The notes beneath the pieces are model-generated. The model made no database searches. It saw nothing but the letters and a program-made list of their open reading frames with translations, and was not told the origin of the DNA. Positions 32,672-41,609 of a DNA stretch of 41,609 nucleotides are shown here, piece by piece (the stretch's first letter is position 1; each line of letters opens with the position of its first letter). The stretch comes from Candidatus Bathyarchaeota archaeon (GTDB taxonomy: Archaea; Thermoproteota; Bathyarchaeia; 40CM-2-53-6; RBG-13-38-9). The DNA lies in the NCBI GenBank assembly GCA_018396565.1, contig JAGTQO010000004.1, positions 1-41,609 on the forward strand, in the 5' to 3' direction. A program made the position numbers and the translations under genes.

Positions 32672-34036
32672 ATGAAAAAGATAAAAGTAAACCTACACAC
32701 AGACGAGATACCGACAAAATGGTACAATATCCTTCCAGATCTACCACCAGGCTACCCTCCACCCCTAGATCCGAAAACATTCAAACCGATATCTCCAGAA
32801 CCCATGATGAGACTATTCCCGAAAGAATGCGTTATGCAAGCGGTCTCAACTCAGAGGGAGATAAATATACCCGAGGAGGTTCTGGAGACATACCTTGCGA
32901 TAGGTAGACCAACACCCCTACAGAGGGCGGTCAGGCTTGAGAGGGCCCTTAACACACCTGCGAGAATATACTTTAAGAGGGAAGACGTGAACCCGGCAGG
33001 AAGCCATAAACCAAACACAGCAATAGCCCAAGCATACTACAATATGAAGGAAGGTGTCGAAAGACTCACCACGGAGACAGGGGCTGGACAGTGGGGCTCA
33101 GCCCTAGCCCTCGCCTGCTCACTATTCAACCTTAAGTGCACAGTATATATGACAAGGAGTAGCTACTTGACAAAGCCTGGTCGTCGAATAGTGATGGAAG
33201 CCTTCGGAGCCGAAGTATATCCATCACCGAGCGACAAGACTGACTTCGGCAGGAAGCTATTGGAGAAAGATAAAAATCATCCTGGAAGCCTCGGAATAGC
33301 GATAAGTGAAGCTGTCGAGGACTGCATAAAGAATGAGAGGACAAAATACTCCCTAGGAAGCGTACTCGACTTCGTCTTACTCCACCAGACCATAGTAGGC
33401 TTGGAAGCGAAGAAGCAGATGGAGATCATCGACGAATATCCAGAAGTAGTTGTTGGATGTATCGGAGGCGGCAGCAACTACGCCGGGCTCTGCTACCCGT
33501 TCATCCAAGACAAGCTGAAAGGTAAGAAGGATATAACATTCATCGCCTCTGAACCTAAGGCTGTACCCTCAACCACGAAAGGAGTTTACGAGTATGACTA
33601 CGGGGATACAGCTGAGATAGCTCCAATAGTGAAGATGTATACTGTAGGCCACACATATCAGTGCCCACCCATACACGCCGCAGGCTTAAGATACCATGGT
33701 AAAGCGCCGAGTATGTCGTTCCTAATAAATAAAGGCGTCATGGAGAGTAGGGCTTACACTCAGACTGAAGTCATGGAGGCGGCCAGCCTCTTCGCCAGGA
33801 CCGAGGGTTTCATAGCGGCCCCTGAGACAGCCCACGCCATCAAGACAGTTATAGATCTGGCCATAGAATGCAAGAGGAGAGGAGTCGGTAAGACCATACT
33901 ATTCAACTACAGTGGACACGGACTGCTCGACCTGAAAGTATATGAGGAATACCATAGCAATACACTGCAAGACTTTGAGGCGACAAGAGAGATGCTCGAG
34001 GCCGGATTCAAGTCCCTACCAAAGATCCCGGCCTAA
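32672..34036 (+). CDS. trpB: Tryptophan synthase beta chain, TrpB2 type
   Basis: IPTKWYNILPDLP (TrpB2-specific N-terminus), the PLP Lys context NPAGSHKPNTA, and GGGSNYAG. The start was placed at MKKIKVNL. Confidence 0.9.
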   Translation: MKKIKVNLHTDEIPTKWYNILPDLPPGYPPPLDPKTFKPISPEPMMRLFPKECVMQAVSTQREINIPEEVLETYLAIGRPTPLQRAVRLERALNTPARIYFKREDVNPAGSHKPNTAIAQAYYNMKEGVERLTTETGAGQWGSALALACSLFNLKCTVYMTRSSYLTKPGRRIVMEAFGAEVYPSPSDKTDFGRKLLEKDKNHPGSLGIAISEAVEDCIKNERTKYSLGSVLDFVLLHQTIVGLEAKKQMEIIDEYPEVVVGCIGGGSNYAGLCYPFIQDKLKGKKDITFIASEPKAVPSTTKGVYEYDYGDTAEIAPIVKMYTVGHTYQCPPIHAAGLRYHGKAPSMSFLINKGVMESRAYTQTEVMEAASLFARTEGFIAAPETAHAIKTVIDLAIECKRRGVGKTILFNYSGHGLLDLKVYEEYHSNTLQDFEATREMLEAGFKSLPKIPA

Positions 34037-34134
34037 CATTTTTCTATTATTCTAGAGTTATCACAACAATTTCTTTACTAGTCAGCCTTATAGGCTCTCA
34101 AGCCCTCTCTACTCGAGGGCACTTGCTCGAGGCT

Positions 34135-34767
34135 ATGTTAAGGGAGTGGGATGGGGAGGAAAAGCCCACCCACAGACTCTCAAGACTCAGAATATTTAGA
34201 TCTGAAACCAGATCTAGAAGCCTCAGAGAAAGAATAACCCTCTGCATATACACCTTGAAGGTTCAGAAGGAGAAGCTGGAGATAATCATATTCAGACTGA
34301 AGAGGAGAGACAGAGAATTCTTCGATAAGTGTGTGAACGCCCAAATAGTGAGGGATGAGGCTAGGGCGAAGATTTATGCTGAGGAATGTTTGCAGACAAG
34401 AAAGATATTCAGAATAGTTCTCCACTGCAAGATAGCTTTGGAACAGGTTATTCTAAGACTTGAAACTATAGAGATATTTATAGACTTGGCTGGAGCCATA
34501 TCGATACCGATGCACCTCATCTACGAGGTTAAAGAGAGGATCTCAGGCATATTACCGTCTGTTTCGAGTCAGCTTGGGAAGGTTGCTGCTGAACTTGAGG
34601 AGATAGTTGTCGTCGCTGGAAAGATCCAACATACCCCAATCGAAGTATCAGAAACTACAGAAGAGGCTAAGGGTATACTTGAGGAAGCACGTGCAGTATT
34701 TGAGGAGAAAGTTAAGAGAATTCTTCCAGATATTCCTATAGAGGATGTGGAAATAGAGTCTGCATGA
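34135..34767 (+). CDS. ESCRT-III/Snf7 (CdvB)-like coiled-coil protein (tentative)
   Basis: Basic N-terminal helices, a helical hairpin with ..DEARAKIYAEECLQTRKIF.., and an acidic C-terminus ending in a proline motif ILPDIPIEDV (MIM2-like). Confidence 0.4.
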   Translation: MLREWDGEEKPTHRLSRLRIFRSETRSRSLRERITLCIYTLKVQKEKLEIIIFRLKRRDREFFDKCVNAQIVRDEARAKIYAEECLQTRKIFRIVLHCKIALEQVILRLETIEIFIDLAGAISIPMHLIYEVKERISGILPSVSSQLGKVAAELEEIVVVAGKIQHTPIEVSETTEEAKGILEEARAVFEEKVKRILPDIPIEDVEIESA

Positions 34768-34774
34768 AGACTTT

Positions 34775-35815
34775 TCACTGCTCCGGGGATACAGCAGTCA
34801 AGTTCAAGACAACCTCAGCTATGTCGCTTCCATACTCCTCCACCCTCCTCATGCTCTCAATGATCAATCTCAGGAAAGACATCTGAATTGGGTCTATCTT
34901 CTGCCCACTCATATCTTTGAGAACCCGTTCCTCCAGAGATTTGAATAGATTCATTCTCTTCAGAACTTCATCAGCATCCCCATAGTTGCGCTTGTAAAGT
35001 GCTCTTACCGAGTCCTCAAAAAATCTTGTGGCTTCTTCACCTAACTCACGTATATTTCGGAGAAGTCTCTGCGGTGTTTCCTTCCGCATTGCCTTTACGT
35101 TCTCAGCAATCTTAACAGCGTGATCGGCGACTCTCTCAACACTCTTGGTTACAAGCCTATACCCTATTATGTCTCTTCCAGAGCTGAGCCCTAAATGTTT
35201 CATAATGGAAGGACTCTGAGATGCCATCTTCAACTGTCTTACTATATAGAATCCGAATCTGTCAACCTCATCTTCCATCTTCAGCACCTCAGCCGCCAAG
35301 AAGACATCGTTTGTGGCTAAGGCTGAGACCGCGTCTCTGAGCATCGCAACAGTTACAGTTACCATTCTTCTGAGGGCACTATCGACTGACAGTTCAGGAT
35401 AACTTATCAACACTTGGAGGGTAAGCTCGTTTGGAGACTCGGATACCACCTCTGTCCCAACAAGTTTTCTTCTCACAAAATCCTTCACATAGTCGGAGTG
35501 AAGGGACTCAAATCTATCTTGTGTGGTCTTCATCCTTATCACAGTGAACCCGATTAGATACAGCGCCACGACTCTTCGAATAATCGATTCAGGCTCCATC
35601 AATGGATGGACTGTAAACATTGTTTCAGACGAACCTGACTTTTCAAAACTCTCCATAGGAGATAATATCAATGAGCCTTCTCCACCATCTGAGAATACTA
35701 CTCTGTCACCCCGCACTAGCCGTCTCTCCATCGCCCACCTCTTTGGAAGGGACACGATGAAGGACCCGCCGCCAGTAATCTGTACCTTCCTGACTTCAAA
35801 CTTGTCATCTTTCAT
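34775..35815 (-). CDS. AbrB/SpoVT-domain + tandem PhoU-domain regulator
   Basis: VRKVQITGGGSFIVSLPKRWA (AbrB/SpoVT swapped-hairpin) is followed by two PhoU-like helical repeats (..ERVADHAVKIAE.. / ..EEYGSDIAEVV..). The start was placed at MKDDKFE. Confidence 0.75.
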   Translation of the reverse strand: MKDDKFEVRKVQITGGGSFIVSLPKRWAMERRLVRGDRVVFSDGGEGSLILSPMESFEKSGSSETMFTVHPLMEPESIIRRVVALYLIGFTVIRMKTTQDRFESLHSDYVKDFVRRKLVGTEVVSESPNELTLQVLISYPELSVDSALRRMVTVTVAMLRDAVSALATNDVFLAAEVLKMEDEVDRFGFYIVRQLKMASQSPSIMKHLGLSSGRDIIGYRLVTKSVERVADHAVKIAENVKAMRKETPQRLLRNIRELGEEATRFFEDSVRALYKRNYGDADEVLKRMNLFKSLEERVLKDMSGQKIDPIQMSFLRLIIESMRRVEEYGSDIAEVVLNLTAVSPEQ

Positions 35816-35877
35816 GATAGATGCACCGAACAGTTGATTAACAGTCAGTATATTCGAACTGTAATAGAATAGATAAC

Positions 35878-35893
35878 TATATAGGCCTATATA
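35878..35893. promoter_or_regulatory. Perfect 16-bp palindrome TATATAGGCCTATATA in the divergent phoU-regulator/pstS promoter region
   Basis: Seen directly. It lies about 60 nt from each divergent start codon (35815 and 35952). It could be two back-to-back TATA boxes, an operator, or both. Confidence 0.4.
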
Positions 35894-35951
35894 TTTCACG
35901 TGCAATTAACATATATATTTCTAGGATCACCTTCATGGCAAGGTGAGTGGA

Positions 35952-36869
35952 ATGAAGAGTTCAGTTGTAACATGGATAGCTGCGATAGCGATCATAACTA
36001 TCGTTGGAATATCAGTATACTGGAGCATTCCTAAAATGTCAGAGCAGACTAGAACTGAAAAACAATTAGTGAACCAGAAAGGATCCGATACTCTTCTAGT
36101 CCTTGCTCAGAGATGGGCGGAAGCATACATGGCCAAGAATCCCAATGTACAGATCACGGTTGGCGGAGGAGGGTCAGGAACAGGCATAGCGGCTCTGATA
36201 AATAAGCAGATAGATATGGCAGACGCCTCCAGAGAGATAAAAGATAAAGAGATTAAAGATGCAAAGGCTAGGGGCGTCGAACCTGTAGAGTGGAAGGTTG
36301 CTATAGACGGAATCTCGGTGATAGTTCATCCCAGCAACCCGCTAGACAAAATCACTTTAGACCAGCTTAAGGCCATATACAATGGGAGCTATACTAACTG
36401 GAGACAGCTTGGGGGTCCGGATAAGCCTATAAACACTTACGGCAGACAATCCAACTCCGGAACATATGTGTATTGGCAAGAGCATATCCTCCGAGACCAG
36501 AATTACAGGACAGACATGCAATCTTTGAATGGGAACGCCGACATAGTCGAGGCAGTATCTAAAGACCCGGCGTCCATAGGATATGTTGGAGTCGCCTACG
36601 CAGCTGCAAGACCCAAAGATGTTAAGACCCTCAGCGTCCAGGAGAAAGCAGACAGCCCATCATACCAACCAACATCCGAAAACATAGTGAACAAAAAATA
36701 TCCAATATCCAGATACCTGTACATCTACACGGATGGTATCCCAGAAGGAGCTGTCAGAGAATATCTGAAGTTCATAATAAGTGATGACGGTCAGAGGATC
36801 GTTGAGCAGGTGGAATATATACCATTGCCTGAGCAGGTCAGAAAAGAGCAGCTTGAAAAATTGAGGTAG
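35952..36869 (+). CDS. pstS: Phosphate ABC transporter substrate-binding protein PstS
   Basis: N-terminal TM/signal anchor, GSDTLL...GGGGSGTGIAAL...SR.. phosphate-binding motifs. GGTGA precedes ATG 35952. Confidence 0.9.
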   Translation: MKSSVVTWIAAIAIITIVGISVYWSIPKMSEQTRTEKQLVNQKGSDTLLVLAQRWAEAYMAKNPNVQITVGGGGSGTGIAALINKQIDMADASREIKDKEIKDAKARGVEPVEWKVAIDGISVIVHPSNPLDKITLDQLKAIYNGSYTNWRQLGGPDKPINTYGRQSNSGTYVYWQEHILRDQNYRTDMQSLNGNADIVEAVSKDPASIGYVGVAYAAARPKDVKTLSVQEKADSPSYQPTSENIVNKKYPISRYLYIYTDGIPEGAVREYLKFIISDDGQRIVEQVEYIPLPEQVRKEQLEKLR

Positions 36870-36935
36870 CAGAGCTAACCCCTATTTACTTATTTTTATA
36901 TCCAATCTTGATACAGCTATAACGGTACGCTTGGT

Positions 36936-37832
36936 ATGAGAGCAATTAGAAGGAGACCAACCAGAACTGTCGAGAGTATGATAGAATACCTCATCCTAGG
37001 ATGTGCTTGCATATCAATCATGATACTGTTACTCATAATCATATTCCTGTTCAAGGAGGGTCTTCCAGCATTTGCTCACATACCGTTGTCAGAATTTATC
37101 TTTGGTACTGTTTGGCAGGTTCAGGCTGTCGAGCCTCGTTACGGAATCTTACCACTACTTTGCGGCAGCATCCTGGTTACCGGCGGCGCCATAACAGTAT
37201 CCGTCCCCCTAAGTATTATGTGTGCGTTATATATTTCTGAGGTTGCCCACCCCCTTGCAAGGGAGGTAATCAAACCTCTCATAGAATTGCTTGCAGGGAT
37301 ACCGTCAGTCGTTTACGGATTCTTGGCTTTGACAGCACTGGCTGATTTAACCCAGAGATTCACCGGTTCAATTCATAGACTGAACGCATTGAACGGTGCT
37401 TTAATTCTTGCTGTGATGATAGCCCCAACAGTCATCAGCATATCAGAGGACGCAATAAAATCCGTTCCTAAGGAATATCGCGAAGCAGCTTATGCCATAG
37501 GTGCTGATAAATGGGAGACTATGAGCAGGGTAGTCTTTCCAGCCGCGTTTCCCGGGGTCATGGTGGCAGTGATGCTCGGGATAAGTCGGGCTATAGGGGA
37601 AACGATGGCTGTTCTGATGGCAACTGGCAATGCGCCACTCCTGACATTTGACATACTTAGCTCAGTCCAGACGATGACGGCTGTCATAGCCATCGAGATG
37701 GGTGAGGTTACCTTCGGCTCAGTACATTACCACGCCCTATTCGCGATAGGTCTGATTCTTCTAGGAATAACTTTCATAATCAATTTTCTAGCTGAGGCGC
37801 TGCTCAGAAGGTTCAGGGGTGTAAGTCCTTGA
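36936..37832 (+). CDS. pstC: Phosphate ABC transporter permease PstC
   Basis: Six TM segments and the EAA-type loop EAAYAIGADKWETMSRVVFPAA. Confidence 0.9.
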   Translation: MRAIRRRPTRTVESMIEYLILGCACISIMILLLIIIFLFKEGLPAFAHIPLSEFIFGTVWQVQAVEPRYGILPLLCGSILVTGGAITVSVPLSIMCALYISEVAHPLAREVIKPLIELLAGIPSVVYGFLALTALADLTQRFTGSIHRLNALNGALILAVMIAPTVISISEDAIKSVPKEYREAAYAIGADKWETMSRVVFPAAFPGVMVAVMLGISRAIGETMAVLMATGNAPLLTFDILSSVQTMTAVIAIEMGEVTFGSVHYHALFAIGLILLGITFIINFLAEALLRRFRGVSP

Positions 37833-38689
37833 GGTTCAGAAGAGTCAAATCCTCGATTGCTCTAGTAGTGATCCGATTATCAGCTCTTATAATGGTTGGC
37901 GCCGGGGTTCTGATCTTCATCTACCTTACCGTCAAAGGTTCAGGGGTTATCAGTTGGCCATTCCTCACTGAGCCTCCGAGGCAAGGTATGACAAGTGGGG
38001 GAATATTTCCAGCAATATTTGGAACATTATGTCTCATGCTTCTAACCCTGACCTTCGCACTGCCAGTAGGGGTGGCGTCAGCAATATATTTTGCAGAGTA
38101 CACTGGGAGGGGTAGGTCGCATCTCAATATTTTGATGAGATACGCAACCAGTATTCTTGCAGGTGTCCCATCAATAGTTTACGGTCTTCTAGGACTCAGC
38201 CTCTTCGTACTCTACATGAGATTCGGCTTCAGCCTGCTCTCAGCATCCCTCACCCTGAGCATCCTTTCGCTCCCAGTTATAATAGCCGCCTCCGAGGAGG
38301 CCCTGCGCAGTGTGCCCGACTCATATAGAGAGGCCGCCGTTGCCTTGGGCGCTACGAAATGGCAGATGGTGAGATATGCTGTCCTACCATATGCCGTGCC
38401 TGGGATCATAACCTCTTGTATACTTGCCCTGAGTAGGGCTGCCGGGGAGACTGCACCCATACTCTTGACAGGTGCGGCATACTACCATCCTAGACTCCCA
38501 ACGTCGATATTCGACCAGTTCATGGCCTTACCCTTCCACATATTCGCCTTGGCAACCCAGTCTGTTGATCCTGTTAAGACTAGGCCCATACAGTTTGGAG
38601 CAGTCCTCACCCTAATCATGCTCGTTCTCGGTATGAACATGGTCGCAATCCTGATCAGGATCAGGCAGAGGAGGATGGCTCAAGGATGA
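37829..38689 (+). CDS. pstA: Phosphate ABC transporter permease PstA
   Basis: [22 protein letters not shown] loop. 4-nt overlap with pstC. Confidence 0.9.
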   Translation: MRFRRVKSSIALVVIRLSALIMVGAGVLIFIYLTVKGSGVISWPFLTEPPRQGMTSGGIFPAIFGTLCLMLLTLTFALPVGVASAIYFAEYTGRGRSHLNILMRYATSILAGVPSIVYGLLGLSLFVLYMRFGFSLLSASLTLSILSLPVIIAASEEALRSVPDSYREAAVALGATKWQMVRYAVLPYAVPGIITSCILALSRAAGETAPILLTGAAYYHPRLPTSIFDQFMALPFHIFALATQSVDPVKTRPIQFGAVLTLIMLVLGMNMVAILIRIRQRRMAQG

Positions 38690-39447
38690 GTAGTGAATAT
38701 AAGATTGAGATTCGCAACCTCCAAGTAGGGTTCGGCAAACTCATGGTTATCAAGAATTTGAACATAAACATCATGTCAAACTGTGTGACTGCGGTGATGG
38801 GTCCCTCAGGATGTGGAAAGTCAACTTTGATAAGGACGATAAACAGGTTGAATGATCTTGTCCCTGAATGTCATGTCAAGGGTCAGGTATTACTCGACGG
38901 CAGAGACATCTACGACCCTTCGATGGATGTTGTCGAGTTACGTAGGAGGGTTGGTATGGTCTTCCAGAAGCCAAACCCATTCCCGAAGTCAATATATGAG
39001 AATATAGCTTTCGGGCCTAGAATTCATGGAATAGCTGGAGGTAATAGTCTGGATGAGATTGTTGAGAGGAGTCTGAGGGCAGCAGCCCTTTGGGATGAGG
39101 TTAAAGATAGGCTCGACGCGCCGGCCCTCAGCCTTTCAGGTGGCCAGCAACAACGTCTATGCATAGCCAGAGCATTGGCTGTCCAGCCTGAAGTAATCCT
39201 TCTCGATGAGCCCTGCTCAGCATTAGATCCTGCGGCCACTGCAAAGATAGAGTCTTTGATGGTTTCACTAAAGAAAGATTATACCGTAATTGTTGTCACG
39301 CATAATATGCAACAGGCTGCTAGAGTATCGGACTTCACAGCATTCCTTTATTTAGGGGAGCTTGTTGAATATGGGGAGACTAGGAGGGTCTTCGAGAACC
39401 CGAGCAGTAAGCTCACTGAAGACTTCATAACAGGCAGATTCGGCTGA
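38686..39447 (+). CDS. pstB: Phosphate ABC transporter ATP-binding protein PstB
   Basis: Walker [10 protein letters not shown], signature LSGGQQQR, Walker B ILLDEP. Confidence 0.95.
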   Translation: MSSEYKIEIRNLQVGFGKLMVIKNLNINIMSNCVTAVMGPSGCGKSTLIRTINRLNDLVPECHVKGQVLLDGRDIYDPSMDVVELRRRVGMVFQKPNPFPKSIYENIAFGPRIHGIAGGNSLDEIVERSLRAAALWDEVKDRLDAPALSLSGGQQQRLCIARALAVQPEVILLDEPCSALDPAATAKIESLMVSLKKDYTVIVVTHNMQQAARVSDFTAFLYLGELVEYGETRRVFENPSSKLTEDFITGRFG

Positions 39448-39458
39448 AGGGGTGTGGT

Positions 39459-40103
39459 ATGGAAGAGGCTAGGTTACTCGATAAGGGTTTGAATGAGCTT
39501 TCAGACCTGTTAGATGAGATGGCTAAGATCGCTGAGAAGACTGTCTCAGCTTCCATCCAAGCATATCTTGAAGGCGCAGATATTGACTTACAGGTTAGAC
39601 AATGGTCCGATACACTCATTAACTATAACAATCAGGTTGGAGAGAAGGCTGTGGAATTGATAGCCAGATATCAGCCCGTTGCGAACGATCTCAGAACTAT
39701 CAGGGCATGCATGGAGATCTCATACAACCTATCAAGATTCGGCAGATATGCATATGACATATCGACAATCCATAAGACCATAGGGGGTCGTGGAGAGCAT
39801 GGTAGGGAGGTTGTTTCAGAGATGGGTGAGAGAACAATGAAGATGATAAAGGCAAGCATAAAGGCTTACAAAACGAGAGACGCAAGGCTCGCCGAGGAGG
39901 TGAGTGAAGAGGATAAGATTGTTGACCAGCTCTACTTCAAACATTTGAGAGATTGTGTTAAGAATCCTCCGAGGGATGTTGAACAGCTTATCACCGATAT
40001 TCTAACTGTCCGCCATCTTGAAAGGATCGCTGACCATGCGGTTGACCTTGCAAGTTCAACCCTATACATGATCAAAGGACAAAAGATAAGTAAATGGAGA
40101 TAG
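39459..40103 (+). CDS. phoU: Phosphate transport system regulator PhoU
   Basis: Two PhoU repeats with E(R)xxDxxxN-like helices (..LERIADHAVDLA..). It is the last gene of the pst operon. Confidence 0.9.
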   Translation: MEEARLLDKGLNELSDLLDEMAKIAEKTVSASIQAYLEGADIDLQVRQWSDTLINYNNQVGEKAVELIARYQPVANDLRTIRACMEISYNLSRFGRYAYDISTIHKTIGGRGEHGREVVSEMGERTMKMIKASIKAYKTRDARLAEEVSEEDKIVDQLYFKHLRDCVKNPPRDVEQLITDILTVRHLERIADHAVDLASSTLYMIKGQKISKWR

Positions 40104-40127
40104 GGAAGAGATAAAGTAATCAAATCC

Positions 40128-40157
40128 AAGATAGAGGCATGTCTATCTTCATCTTTT
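40128..40157 (+). terminator. Hairpin (8-bp stem AAGATAGA/TCTATCTT, 6-nt loop) followed by a T-rich tract, between convergent phoU and the MFS gene
   Basis: Seen directly, 25 nt after the phoU stop. Confidence 0.4.
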
Positions 40158-40195
40158 GGCATCTCTCTCAAACTCTTCAGGTACTGTTTCCCCGC

Positions 40196-41362
40196 TTATC
40201 GTCGGCTCGGCCTTGGTAGAAGTATTGAGAGAGCCGCGGAGACCAAGGCGAAAGAGGAGGCTGCTAACATTCCATTCCCAAGACCAAACAGGTCACCTAA
40301 TCTGCCAACCAACATGGGTCCAATCATCGAGCCGACGCCGGAGAATCCGGATATAAGACCAAGGGACGTGCTGAGAGACTCCTCCGGAACATGATCTCCA
40401 ATCACGGCGTATGGTAGGGGGAAACCGAGAAACATCCAGAAACCTGAGATTGATAGAGCAACCAGGGAGATCGGGTACGGTGTCGCAAGGAATATAATGA
40501 GAAATAGCCCCATAAACAGGCAGCTCAACGCTAAAACGTTTCTGCGGCCGAACTTATCTGAAAAGTATCCACCAACAGGCTGGCTGACAACGCCGAATAT
40601 CAAGATGAGTGATGTTGAGATTCCTGCAGAGGCCAAATCCAATTTCAAGTCCCTAACAAGGAATGTCGGTGTGAAACTTATTATCCCAGAATAAAATACG
40701 GTTCTGAAAAGAAATATCGACCCTACGAGTATGATCAAGTTTATTGAGGTTACAATCGACCCCCTAGAGACGCCAGCCCCACCCCAGCAAGGCAGGTTGA
40801 GGGCCAAGACGCCTGCCAGCAGGCCTGTAGCCGAAGTCAGTAATAGTGAGCCGCTCAGGCCGTAGGTCGCCAGAAGAACTCCCAAGATGGCTGGGTAGAC
40901 CCCTCTGCCTAAGCTTCCCCCTAGACCATGGATGCCCAAGCCGAACCCCCTCCTCTCAACATATACCGTGTTGATCACGGACATAGATATCGGATGGTAG
41001 ATGCTGAACCCTAAACCTGCAAGGAATGTCAATGGAAATATCAGGATCAGTGAATTGGCGAATTGTATCGAGAATAGTGATAGCCCCATCAAGATAAGGC
41101 CTGATGCTAAGTAAATCTTCTTGTAGCCTGTAAGATCTGATAAGTACCCTATGAGCGGCTGAGAGAAAACCGAGGTTGCCGAGTAGCATGTCAATATCAT
41201 CCCAGCCTCGAACAATGTTAGGTTATACCTTGAGACCAGCAGGGGCAGAATGACAGGTAGAGCCATGTCCAGACCGTCATTAACGAAGTGGGCTACCGAG
41301 CATACTCCAAGAGTAAATGATGGTTTCTTTATCTCAACTGTTGGAACTGAATCCACCCTCAA
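40196..41362 (-). CDS. MFS-type transporter
   Basis: 388 aa, about 12 TM segments, MFS-like loop motifs (GYLSDLTGYKK; GYFSDKFGRRN, a D-R/K-x-G-R-R/K type). Confidence 0.75.
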   Translation of the reverse strand: MRVDSVPTVEIKKPSFTLGVCSVAHFVNDGLDMALPVILPLLVSRYNLTLFEAGMILTCYSATSVFSQPLIGYLSDLTGYKKIYLASGLILMGLSLFSIQFANSLILIFPLTFLAGLGFSIYHPISMSVINTVYVERRGFGLGIHGLGGSLGRGVYPAILGVLLATYGLSGSLLLTSATGLLAGVLALNLPCWGGAGVSRGSIVTSINLIILVGSIFLFRTVFYSGIISFTPTFLVRDLKLDLASAGISTSLILIFGVVSQPVGGYFSDKFGRRNVLALSCLFMGLFLIIFLATPYPISLVALSISGFWMFLGFPLPYAVIGDHVPEESLSTSLGLISGFSGVGSMIGPMLVGRLGDLFGLGNGMLAASSFALVSAALSILLPRPSRR

Positions 41363-41609
41363 ACACCTTGATGAATCCTCCTAGATGTCTGGTTGAACCT
41401 AATATGGTTTCTCTAGCCTGCATGTGATGATGTTTCGGCTTGAGAGCGCTGGGCTGAGGCCAACCAATTTATAATGGTTCATCACATCATTGATGGGATA
41501 TACTAAATGGTTCCTTTGAAGGTAGGGTGCTGCGGATTTGCAGGATCCATGCATGATTATTACGAGAAATTTGATGTTGTAGAGGTCCAGCAAACATTTT
41601 ACAGGTTGC

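Noticed and set aside
41430-41505. GTGATGA ... CTGA pair, and a partial inverted repeat (ATGTGATGATG / CATCACATCAT) near the window end.
   Set aside because: The C-to-D distance of 23 nt fits neither a single- nor a double-guide C/D sRNA. The inverted repeat is imperfect. The window ends before the context can be judged. The 64-aa ORF at 41399..41593 also shows no features.
1-41609. Search for CRISPR arrays, IS elements/transposases, integrases, tRNA or rRNA genes, and classical defence genes.
   Set aside because: I saw no regularly spaced direct repeats, no terminal inverted repeats flanking a transposase-like ORF, no T-loop/acceptor-like tRNA signature in the intergenic gaps, and no restriction, Cas or toxin-like ORFs. 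The only mobile element I can support is the intein.

Overview
This is a gene-dense archaeal chromosomal segment. Archaeal markers are Topo VI A/B, Alba, aIF1A, aIF2-beta, S19e/L39e/L31e, Nep1, RNase P Rpp21 and the aIF1A-Rio1-KH cluster, and GGTGA/GGAGG Shine-Dalgarno motifs precede many starts. Most genes are information-processing housekeeping genes. Metabolic genes among them suggest an anaerobic, H4MPT-using TACK/Asgard-like lineage: a formaldehyde-activating-enzyme (Fae) domain, the COG1900-CBS / NIL-ferredoxin / COG2122 sulfide-dependent homocysteine cluster, a cytoplasmic reductive-dehalogenase-like protein, ADP-forming acetyl-CoA synthetase, and an orphan TrpB2 with an ACT regulator. 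A complete pstSCAB-phoU locus sits beside a divergent AbrB-PhoU regulator. I saw no rRNA, tRNA, CRISPR array, transposon or obvious defence island. The unusual observations are:
1. top6B carries a 406-aa LAGLIDADG intein in its ATP-lid motif. It is also cut into two in-frame ORFs by a tandem TGA-TAG at about the expected GHKL/H2TH boundary.
2. One ORF fuses an apparently intact DapA/NAL-family class I aldolase to an Fae domain.
3. A signal-peptide/TM glycoprotein has an architecture and motifs that resemble eukaryotic ribophorin I/Ost1.
4. A MoaD/ThiS-like protein ending in GGGV is translationally coupled (TAATG) to a MiaB/MtaB-type methylthiotransferase.
5. rpl39e has a 1-nt frameshift, and an ACS paralog is decayed.
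6. A ~390-nt non-coding region has a strand-specific over-representation of AGGCCA and a 27-nt tandem repeat.
7. Perfect palindromic TATA-like elements lie upstream of the pst and homocysteine operons.
All functional calls come from reading motifs in the translated ORFs. No database search was possible.
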